DNA of 62,634 bases, filler included, from Nemertoderma westbladi (Eukaryota > Animalia > Xenacoelomorpha), in assembly GCA_032718475.1 (NCBI GenBank). It is 4 parts of 4 records of this genome, joined end to end, with 100 filler letters (N's around TTAATTAATTAA, not from the genome) between each part and the next. Parts side by side here need not be neighbours in the genome. Positions count along the whole stretch, not along the records: positions 51,504 to 60,041 come from JAUCBJ010002224.1; positions 60,142 to 62,634 come from JAUCBJ010002700.1; 2 more parts are not named here. One strand, given 5' to 3'. Position 1 is the stretch's first letter. Every line of letters begins with the position of its first letter. A program made the translations under genes and the position numbers. This document shows positions 51,504 to 62,634 of the stretch, one piece after another. The notes below the pieces were generated by a model, which saw only the letters and a list, made by a program, of their open reading frames with translations, made no database searches and was not told where the DNA came from.

Positions 51504-52043
51504 ATGAAAAGATTCCAAATATAAGAAAATCTGAATTTCGTTGCGAAATTATTAATATTCCATAATATATATTGTATTTATGGAATATCATATATTTATT
51601 AATAAAAAAATAAGTAGTTGTGCGCTAAACCGCGCGGTTTACCGCAGCCCATTTAAACAATGTTAAAACAATTAATGTAATTTCCTGTTGAATTCACAGT
51701 CGACAGACAGACAATTAGTTACCGCAACGGTACCGTTGGGTGTAAACGGGCTCCGGGTAGTGTACCGCTGGCTTACCGCTTCAATACCGCCAGACTACTT
51801 TACCGCTCACGCACCGTTGGATTTGAACGGGGCTTTAGGATGATCCAACTCTATAGAGACTGTATTCATGTTTAAATTACTTAATTATTTTTATTTTATT
51901 TTTATATTATATCGATATTAGTAGTTGAACCGGCCTACAGTAAGTAAGACCAAAGCGAAATTCCTATATTATAGTCTAGCGAGGAAGTTCAATCTTTACA
52001 TCCCAAGTTGATTATAGCCTCATATGAATAGAATTATGAAAAC

Positions 52044-53226
52044 ATGTTTGCAACAAAGTTTCACATTCAATGGTTATTGTATTTTTGTTGTATTTTCATC
52101 TTCGTTTCCGATGCTAATGATCGCAATCCGATAGTTATTGGAAACACAACCGAATCAAATGTGTACCACAATATTATCGAGAAATTACACAATCTGATTA
52201 TGATGAGATGAAAAAGGGATAATGAGATTTATCGCAATATTTCGAAAATTATTTCGGGCTATATTCTCACGCCCTATATCAACATATAATATATTTGGTC
52301 TGAATGGAAATATATTAATAATTGTAACAATTGCGATTGAGAAATCATTCAATACTCTATTTTATAGAATGTTGGTGTTAAAGTCAGTTTTCGATATTCT
52401 GGTCTCATTTGGTCATCTACTAACAGAAGGTCAGAATTCCAAGTGGTTCTATTTTGAAATTGAATCACTAACAGTAAACAACTATACAATTTGGCAGTTT
52501 CATTGTTATAACGTTGTTTATTGGTTATGCCAGTGTTATTGGCCGGTATTTGCTTGGTGTGTACAGTACATGGAGATTCAACACTCACATTAATAATGGG
52601 TGCAGAACGTATTGCAGCACTTTATTTTCCAGTTTGGTATAAGGATACAAAATTAAAGAATAACAACATGATATATGGGATTATTGTAGTTATTTTTGTA
52701 TACACAGCATTTCTGTAACGTAGTTAGGTTTAAGGGAGAAATTCGACACGTAATGGCGAAAAGCAATATTGGGCTTTACTTATGTATTGGCGTTCACATA
52801 ATGACCACTTCAGTAGGGCGTACTTGTTTCTTGAGTATTTCCTCCCTATAAGAAACGCCATTCAAATTGTAGGAGTGCTATCAACAGTCTTATTATTTAT
52901 AAGTTTAGAAAGCTACTGAAGGCTAACCCAAACTCACCAACAAATAAAAAAATATCCGCAGCTGTAAAGATGATGCTAATTACTGGAGTATTAATACAGT
53001 ATATACAAAAGATTGCGTCCGTGCTATACATAAAATTATAAGAGCACACTTAGACAATGTGTCAGGAAATACAAATACTTTATCTACATTAGATGAAGTT
53101 TCTGTTTATGAAAAAATGTTAATAATCAATAATATTGCAGCACAGGTAGGTAGTCTTTCTATTGTTGTCTTCAGTCTAAATTTTTACCTCATATATATTT
53201 GTTGGAAGTTTCCGAAGGGCTACTAA
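52044..53226 (+). pseudogene. Intronless rhodopsin-class (chemoreceptor-like) GPCR, frameshifted
   Basis: TM1 IFGLNGNILIIV, TM2 LKSVFDIL, TM3 end AERIAALYFP, TM7-like SLNFYLIY. Split over several frames with stops. Confidence 0.7.
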
Positions 53227-56003
53227 TGTCCACATATTTAAAATAAAATAATATATACTGTAGATAACCTATTTTACTATTATTATGTTAAATTTCCTCC
53301 TGATCGTTATTTCATTATTTTCCATGAGTTTCTCCTTTGGTAAACTTTTTGTGTTTTCCTAGTTTATAGCCTACTGTACTTTCAGTCGGGCTGTAGGACA
53401 ATTGTTAATTAATGAATTAATTGGCTAAATGTTAATTGTGTTACCGGTATCATTTATGGCAATAAATATTTAAAAGTAAAAACTTTATTTCTCATTTCTA
53501 AAGTTCGATTTGAGGTAATTTGAGGATATTGACATTTACATAATTCCTACTCATCGTTGAATATTAATTAATAAAAACAAATATAAAATAATTTATTTCA
53601 TTATTAGAATGGATATCAAATAAACTAGGCCTACTACTTATTGTATTATTATTAATTAAAATAACAAATTGTATTGTTGTTATTAATTAAATAATTATTT
53701 ATTAGGTTGGAACAGAAACCATGACTGGTGTTTTAACTTCAACTCGCTGTTTATTAACAGGGATGGGACTCCCAACACGGAATCTCCCAATTAATTGTTT
53801 CAGACTAACCAGTAGTGGCGGACATTGGCCGTCCAATTCTGCAATAAATAATATTATTATAGCCGCTGGGGGCGTTAGCCCAGATGTTCAATCAATCAAT
53901 CAATAGATGTGAATGCAGCTCGTTTTGGCGTCCCCTTTATTCTTTTTTTGCTCCCCTTCTGTTCGCCATATTCGCATTAGGCCCCTACAGTAACTGCATA
54001 CTGTACTGCATAATAGGGAAGGGCCCTAGATCAACTAATCCATCGTACCATTGCGTTATTTTCGGCTCCTCTTAAGACATATTATTTAGTAGTACAGAAA
54101 CTATGTATCATATTTTATGATGAGACTGAGACTTCAACAGTATATCGCTGTTTGTGGCTGCCACAACTCTCTCACGGAATATCTATACATAAATACGAAA
54201 TATCATTTTAATTAAATACAATTATTTTTAATTTCCATATAAATTATTGTCCAATTATTATATATTATTGACAATAAATGTTTTTAAATTTGGGTATAAT
54301 TTTATAGCCGTTAATCTTCCAGCTGCACAGTTTCAATCTAATCGTACAGTAGCCTTTCTCTTATTCGGGATGTACTGACGATATCGTCTCGACATCATAC
54401 CGCACCATGAAGTCCGTTAGAGAATCCATCGGCAATCTTTCAACTAATTCGGTAATGAAAAATCAAAGTGTTGTTGAAGTCGATTCTGCGTCGGGTCTGG
54501 TTCGAAATCTGAAATCGCCAGCAGGTGTACGATGCACAATTCAAGCTAATGTTATGTCTGCCAATTCTAGCTTGTCAGTCAGTACTGTACCTTGGAGTGA
54601 ATTCGATCTGGGGATTTCAATCCCAGAAATCAGTTAATTCTGAAAACACGGGGTAAACGGTACTTTGTTGCCCCAGGAAATAACACAGCTTCATTTACCA
54701 TTGCGAATATACATGTCCATAGGCTATCAAGAAGCTGTGTTATAAAGCCAAATCTATCGATATACATGTCAAGCGGTTCTAAAAACAAAATGCACTAACG
54801 CAGAATTAAAGGAATTAGATAATTTGCGCATTCGGGCCGTGTGAGACCTTGTATACAAGGACTCAAAACAAGGATTGCAGATTTATTGTGATGGGACTAA
54901 TTATTAATCATTATGTAATTGAGTTTCTTAATTTGTTAATTTTGCAATTATAATTTGTCAATAAATAATAAGTCAATAAATCAGGTTACACTGTTATTTA
55001 TGGGAGTAATCAGGCGTTATTTGCGTCGAAAGTCCACGCCCCCTCTCCCCCCCCCCCCCCCCACCACCAACCCCCCCCCCCCACACCCCCCACCCACTTC
55101 ACGCTGTTCTAGCAGGGAATTCAAACGAAAAAAAAGCTATACATTAAGAAATAATTTACTTGGCAAGTAAAGTAAAGTTATCAGTGTAAGTGTAGTACAT
55201 TGTAATCCAGTAGAGGATATTACTTCAAAATAATACACCTCGTTCATCGTGAAATATTTCGAATAAAGCTACACTCTACGGCGTAGGTCGTTATTAGCCC
55301 GGTATATGTCGTTATAGCTCTATGACATCACTATAGTTTGGTATAGGACGGTTTTAGCTCTGCATTGGATTGAATTGAATTGAACTCTCTTTTTATTAAA
55401 ATTATAAAATAAAACAAATAACTAACGAAATCAACAATTTACATTTAAATACACTGAATTAGAAACGGCAATAATTACAAATAACCACGCCATCAATAAC
55501 TGTTCACTCTTCTATAACAACATTTTATGTTTTATAAGAATAAAAGTTTATGCATACTGAGTAGAAACTAAACATAAATGAATGATCATGCGTTCTAATT
55601 AATCGAATCTATTGAAATGTTCCATACTGCCATATTGGTACTAGGATTGTTATACTGTAGGTCGCATCCCTTTTAGAACGTACAGTACCACTTTGCTTTA
55701 TTTATTACTCTGTTGCGCCATCGGCGCTACAGAAATGGAATGCCATAGAACGCAACAGAATGTACAAGCCAATGGAATTTGAGTGGAATGAATAAACCAA
55801 TCCTGGGTTGTTATTGCGCTGGTGCGCCAATGCTGCCCATTGGTTGTAAATAAGCTGTTGCGCCGTTGCGCTGTTGCGTTTTTCCAGGAAGCCGATATAG
55901 TGAGGTAAATACGAATTAATGACCACAATTTGCTAACTTTCTGAACTTCGGTTCGGATTCAGTTCGGTTCGGCCCCATAGCAGCATTAAGTGCCTTCTGT
56001 TGA

Positions 56004-56873
<870 letters not shown>

Positions 56874-57518
56874 ATGGATTTTATTAGAATGACATAAAAC
56901 TTAATGTTTATTTGCCCGGGGGTTTAGCTTGTCCAGTTGTTATTAATAATTTGTTCGTGAGGTTCTTCTGACTGAAATGCTAAAATTAATTGAATGAAGT
57001 TATAAGATTCAATGTGTTTAATAAACTTACTATTTTCTCCAACATTGGGACATAGACTGCATGTTACGAAGTGGAAGTAGGGATGTGAGTCCGGAAAAAT
57101 TTGCCTCTGTGATAAGGCTTTTGCGACTAACAACTTACATTTTATTAGCAATGCGCCGTCTTACTCCAAAATCATAGAACTAATAAGATTTATCAAATCT
57201 CTAAAGATCTCTAAAAGCCACACGCCCTGCCGTGCCGTGTTCATTTTTGGTATCCACTCTGTTATTGTTTGATTTAAATCATTTGATTTAAATCACATAA
57301 AAATCATAAATCATGAATTTTATCAACCATGCTTTAAGGCCAGGAGAAACATTGCATTATTGATTATTAATAAATGATTCAAATTCAAAAAATTGTAGTC
57401 CTATTCATTGTGTTGTTTATTTGGTCTATATTCGAGTATTTAAGAAGGTACATTGTAGTGTTTAAACGGGATCAGGCTTTTCGGGATTTCCGGGATCTGG
57501 ACCGGGATTAGCACTATT

Positions 57519-58166
57519 TATTTATTTATTAATTAATCTGGACACCCCCCAGTCGGGGTAAATGGTAAAAACCTAAGTACTGTAATTATATATTAAATTG
57601 CACGGAATCTAAAATTTATAAATTATTAAAATATTAATATATGGTCTAAAATAATTAGTTATTGAGAGGATAAGGTGGATATTGTTGGGCATTTGTCGCA
57701 GACTAGGGCATGGTATCGGTTCTTTGCGGGTTGCAGACAGAAACGACATATACAGTCAATACATGGATCGTGGTAGGAATTATTTTCACACAGCTTGAAA
57801 TGAAACCCGTGTGATGTGGTTCTTGTTGCTAGGTGACGGTGTCGTTGGCCGCTGCGTTTCCAGCTAGATGATTGGAACGCAGGGCCCAGCCGGTATTGTT
57901 CTGCATTGAAATTTGCATTGCGATCGTTTCTGAAAGTGTTGTACTGTTCTAGAATTGCTGAGTTAAATATGCCTGGGAATTTAAGAACAATGTCATTAGT
58001 TAAGGTTTCTTCGTTGATTAATTTCAAAGCGAGCGTGGAGGATGAGGAGATGTGTAGGCCGAGTAACCGTTTTATAAATGTAGATTTTATTTTGTCGATT
58101 TCCTTTAGTTGGGGCAGTGTAAGCAGGGGACCAAACTCGGATATTGCGTACGTTGTCACTAGTACT
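57519..58166 (-). mobile_element. 5'-truncated LINE (possibly RTEX/Proto2-like) with (TAAA)n tail and 12-bp TSD
   Basis: YAISEF..IDKIKSTFIKRLLGL..CICRFC..YH..C. TSD attagcactatt at 57507-57518 and 58167-58178. Inserted in a CGGGAT-rich repeat. Confidence 0.75.
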
Positions 58167-58811
58167 ATTAGCACTATTAGGATCCCGTTTTTTGGGATCG
58201 GGATTGCAATTTTTCGGGATCCGGATTGCAATTTTGGATTAAATTCCTTTAAAGTTCATAGTAATGTAGGCTGGAATCTAAACAACCCGTAAATAATACC
58301 AATTAATTTTGAACACGGCGTTCTAGAACGCCTTGATTTTGAGAGAATAACTGAAAGTACAAATCTACAAGTTTGAATTAATTGTAATCGAATAATTGCG
58401 GATAATTGCGGCTTTGTAGGCAGCTCTACAAAAATACGCTCCCTCGTGGCTCTGATTTAGATGCAATATAATTATCCCCATCCGCCTCCCTCATTTCAAA
58501 ACCCCTTCCATTGCCATGCCATCCAATAATACAACGGCCTTGTCCTTCACGGTCACCTCCAATCACTAATAAACCCGCCAGTAAGCAACAATGTAACACG
58601 TTCGTGGGGTCTTCGCGCAGGACGGGGCTCAGTTATCAGATACAGATTAAAATTGAGCAATTCTATCCCAAAATCTGTACTAAGAAATATAAATAAATAA
58701 ATAAGAAATTTAACCAAAACCAATAAGAATAAATCAAAGAAGAGAGGAAAGTTCCCTCCATGGCTTCAACCACCCTCTTAATCTGCACCACCCCAAGCAA
58801 GGCAGCCTTTA

Positions 58812-59188
58812 AGGCCTGTTTACACGTGGCATCTTTTAGAGCAATTTTCTCGGCAACTTGTGCAACCTGAGCAACCCAGGTTGCTGATCAAGTTGCTCCG
58901 TGTAAACACGTAAAAAAGTTGCCGTAAAAGTTGCTCAACTTTTACGGCAACTTGAAGGAATTTGCGTTGGCGAATTAAAGCGGGATAATCAAATTAAATT
59001 ATCAAAAACTAGCTAGTAGATAAAATCACCCACAATTTTACAGTCAAACTAGCCAAGTTGCTGGTGAAGTCGTGAAGTTGCTGGTAAAGTTGCCACGTGT
59101 AAACAGCGATTAAATTAAGTTGCTCCAAAAAAAAGTTCCTAGTCGCCCGAGAAAGTTGCTCTAAAAGTTGCCACGTGTAAACAGGCCT
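58812..59188. mobile_element. PIF/Harbinger-like MITE
   Basis: TTA|AGGCCTGTTTACACGTGGCA ... TGCCACGTGTAAACAGGCCT|TTA. Confidence 0.88.
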
Positions 59189-59804
59189 TTAATACAGGCA
59201 ATGCAGCCGAGATTTAAGCTAAATTAGCGTAGGCTGAAACTTTTATAATAGGTTATATAGGTAATTCAATGCTTAATATGGGTAGTCAGATAATGTTTGT
59301 ATCTTATTAGTTGAAATATACCTCAGTAAACTATATTTTGTAATTGACTATGTTTGTACTGTTATTTAGACATTTGAAATGGCTCGGAATGAAATAAATA
59401 CTTAATAAAACTATGTTTAATTACTATAATTAACCATTAATACTACAAGGCGCGGCATTGGTGTATATGGTGACGAAATCGGATGACATTTCGGTGGATC
59501 TGGGATTTGGCGACATGGTACTGTGTGTATAGTGGTGGCGTTATATTATATGATTACTTCATATTATTATTACCTGTGCGGTAGGTACTTTTACTTTTAA
59601 CTTTATCTTATCTATCAGGAACTTTATGAATGTGTGTTGAGAAATGTGTCGCAGATTGGAGAACTACAACGAAACAGACACCATCATAAAATAAAACACC
59701 GCCCCATAGGAGATAACAAACTGTCAAGTTTCAACTTTAGCTTCAGCTTATTGTAAATTACCTAATTTTGAGAAAATGATCACTTTCGGACATTTTACCC
59801 TCTG

Positions 59805-59934
59805 CCTGCAGACTGCGACTGGTGAAATGCAGATGGCGCTGCAGTTCTGTAAAGATGGAGTTTATGGTAACCTGCAGACTGCGACTGGTGAAATGCAGAT
59901 GGCGCTGCAGTTCTGTAAATATTGAGTTTATGGT
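59805..59934. repeat. 66-bp tandem duplication
   Basis: cctgcagactgcgactggtgaaatgcagatggcgctgcagttctgtaaa occurs twice. Confidence 0.85.
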
Positions 59935-60041
59935 GAAGTGAAGTAAGATGCCTGCTTGTCCAGTTCCAGCTTAAACAGATGTAAACAACAAAATTTCGAG
60001 AAAATGTTCACTTTCAGACATTTCGCCCTCTAACTGAAGAC

Positions 60042-60141
60042 NNNNNNNNNNNNNNNNNNNNNNNNNNNNNNNNNNNNNNNNNNNNTTAATTAATTAANNN
60101 NNNNNNNNNNNNNNNNNNNNNNNNNNNNNNNNNNNNNNNNN
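60042..60141. other. Artificial contig linker
   Basis: N/TTAATTAATTAA/N block. Confidence 0.97.
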
Positions 60142-60144
60142 CTA

Positions 60145-61073
60145 CCCAGTGAAAAATGCGCATGCGTATCGCAAGTGATTTTAAAGCGTCATGCGTTTTT
60201 ATTGCGGCTCAATAAATAGCGATAAAACTCGTGTGATTCGCATGTGAATCACATGTAAAATAGGGAAGCGATTCCACGCATGCGATTCACAACTTAATTT
60301 TACGCATGTGATTGCGTGCATGAAAATCGCATGCGAATCACACCCCATTTAACGCTTATTTTACACATGTTTTACATCATGAGAATCTCGTGCGGTAATT
60401 CCCATGTGAATCGCATGTTTTTAATTACACTCAAGATTATTAATTAAAATAAAGTTGCCTTCAAGAAATAAATAGTTTTAAAACATAAAATTGATGAATA
60501 TGAATTATCTAATATTGCTGTCGAATACAGAGATTATATTAATATATTTTATAGAATAGAAAATTATAGGGAATAGTTAAAATCATAAAAGTTATTCTAA
60601 TCTATTTGTATTATCCTTTATATAACCAACCATTTCTAGTATGGATTCATACACAGCATGTCTAATGTTCTAAGTCTAGAGAGTGAAATGTAAAGTAATG
60701 TAAGGTAAGTACAGTAGGCAGATGATATGGAAGCCAATAGTATCAAACAGTAGTGGAATAATCAACTACTGTATCATATTTTCTTTCACAAAGGTCTCAA
60801 TGTATTACACAAAAATCACAACCAGTAGATTTTTGCGATATTTATGCGTCATGACGCTTGAAAGTCGCAAGTGAATCGCATGCGAGTTTCATGCGACTGA
60901 ACGCAAGTTGTTGTGATTTTTATGCGACTTAAACGCAAGTTGTTGCGATGCGATATTTATGCGACATAACTCAAGTAGATCGCTTGCGTAAAGGTCGGGC
61001 CATAACTCTTGGGAATCACATGAGATACGCCTGCGTTGCACGCTTGCGATACGCTTGCGCACTTTTCACTGGG
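60145..61073. mobile_element. EnSpm/CACTA-like non-autonomous DNA transposon inserted in a Bel/Pao integrase
   Basis: TIRs CCCAGTGAAAA..GCGCA.GCGTATCGCAAG / CTTGCGATACGC.TGCGC..TTTTCACTGGG, subterminal CGCATGCGA motifs. Empty site ctatgttg seen at ~62151. Confidence 0.75.
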
Positions 61074-61393
61074 AATGTTGCCAGACGGTGTTGCATTAAC
61101 GCCGAATCATTTGCTAATGCAGAGTCCAGCATTTCTTGTGCCGGCATCAGAACCCGTTAGTGCCGACCTATATAGTCGTAAAAGCTGGAAGGTAACACAA
61201 TTTGTGGCGTACACATTCTGGGAATATTGGCGAGAATACTATCTTCCCACCATATCTACCAGAACAAAGTGGTACAAAACGGTTCGGAGTCTCCAAAGGG
61301 GAGATTACGTATTGATAACCGAGCCGATTGTCAAGAGAATGTATTGGGAGACTGGAGTGATCTTGCACACACACCCAGACGTGCAAAACATAG
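61074..61393 (+). mobile_element. Bel/Pao integrase C-terminal fragment, copy A
   Basis: LTPNHLL..FWEYWREYYLPTISTRTKW. Duplicate of ~62153-62472. Confidence 0.88.
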
Positions 61394-62066
61394 TATAATA
61401 AATAAATAAAGTGGGGGACAAGACAGAGCCTTGTGGGACGCCGCAATTTATGGGTTGAAGGGTTGAGTGGATGCTGTCAATCGAAACAAATTGGTTACGA
61501 TTAGCAAGAAAGTCAGAGAAGAGATGTAATGGGGGGCCCCTGACACCGTAGGCTTCAAGCTTCCGTATAAGAATCTTGTGGTCCACGGTGTCAAAGGCTT
61601 TTTTAAGATCAATATATACGGCACAAATTGATTGGTGGGAATCAAGCATGGCATATATTTTTTCAGTGATGGAGAGTAAGGCGTGCGAAGTAGAAGTCTT
61701 ATTGCGGAAACCATATTGAGATAAGGAAATAATGTTGTATTTTATAAGGTATGTTTGCAATTGGTCGTTAAGAATTTGTTCTAGAATTTTGCTGATAATG
61801 GGTAAGAGAGATATGGGGCGGTAATTGTTGGGATCAGTTATATCATCGGATTTGTAAATTGGAATCACTTTGGCAGTTTTTAAGGAATCCGGAAAGAAAC
61901 CGCGGACAATAGAAAGATTAAAAAGATTGTATAAATGGTAAGAAAGAGGTTCAGCGGCCAGTCGTATGAGTTTTGGTGGAAAAGGGTCATTGGAGCTACA
62001 ATTTAATTTGAGGTTGAGAATTTTGTATTGGATCTCAATTGGAGAGGTTTCAGAGAGGCAAGACAT
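61394..62066 (-). mobile_element. CR1/L2-group LINE RT fragment, truncated at both ends
   Basis: KTAKVIPIYK..NYRPISLL..QYGFR..DLKKAFDTVDH..GVPQGSVLSP. Confidence 0.92.
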
Positions 62067-62610
62067 TGCCTGTAAACAAACAACTTACCGACGACGAACT
62101 GGTCACAGCTTTCATTGAAATCGAGCATACCCTAAACTCGAGGCCGATAGCTATGTTGCCAGACGGTGTTGCATTAACGCCGAATCATTTGCTAATGCAG
62201 AGTCCAGCATTTCTTGTGCCGGCATCAGAACCCGTTAGTGCCGACCTATATAGTCGTAAAAGCTGGAAGGTAACACAATTTGTGGCGTACACATTCTGGG
62301 AATATTGGCGAGAATACTATCTTCCCACCATATCTACCAGAACAAAGTGGTACAAAACGGTTCGGAGTCTCCAAAGGGGAGATTACGTATTGATAACCGA
62401 GCCGATTGTCAAAGAAAGTATTGGGAGACTGGAGTGATCTTGCACACACACCCAGACGTGCAAAACATAGTGCACACAGTCACTGTGAAAATTAGGTGCA
62501 AGTGTCCGCACCCAAAAAAGTGTAAAACTAATGGTTTGCACACCTTGGACCGACCGGTCCAAGATATTGTGTTATTAGAGGAGACACGTATCGAGACGGG
62601 AGATTATAAT
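62067..62610 (+). mobile_element. Bel/Pao integrase C-terminal fragment, copy B
   Basis: EIEHTLNSRPI..LTPNHLL..YLPTISTRTKW..RPVQDIVLLE. Confidence 0.88.
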
Positions 62611-62634
62611 TTGTCTCCTGCCTCAAAACAGAAT

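Noticed and set aside
54310-54700. Possible decayed coding region
   Set aside because: Only short ORFs with no motif I can recognise.

Overview
AT-rich, repeat-dense animal (probably invertebrate) genomic DNA. It consists of four contigs (1-20918, 21019-51403, 51504-60041, 60142-62634) joined by artificial 100-bp N/TTAATTAATTAA linkers, so adjacency across a linker is not biological evidence. Contig 1 holds two Bel/Pao LTR retrotransposons: one is decayed and followed by a decayed DEDDy 3'-5' exonuclease/zinc-knuckle ORF, the other is nearly intact. Contig 2 holds a head-to-tail tandem of a Neptune-type Penelope-like element (RT + GIY-YIG) with minimal hammerhead ribozymes, a decayed Gypsy, LINE/SINE/MITE remnants, several satellites and three exons of a SIK-like kinase gene that the ORF track does not show. 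It also holds a 340-bp tandem retrozyme whose hammerhead sits between Pol III A and B boxes in a tRNA(Asn)-like frame at the tip of a viroid-like rod. Contig 3 holds a GPCR pseudogene and an intronless NACA. Contig 4 holds nested TE fragments. The best leads are the tRNA-like/hammerhead retrozyme with a candidate PLE partner, and the exonuclease ORF beside Bel/Pao. All calls come from reading by eye; no searches or folding programs were run.
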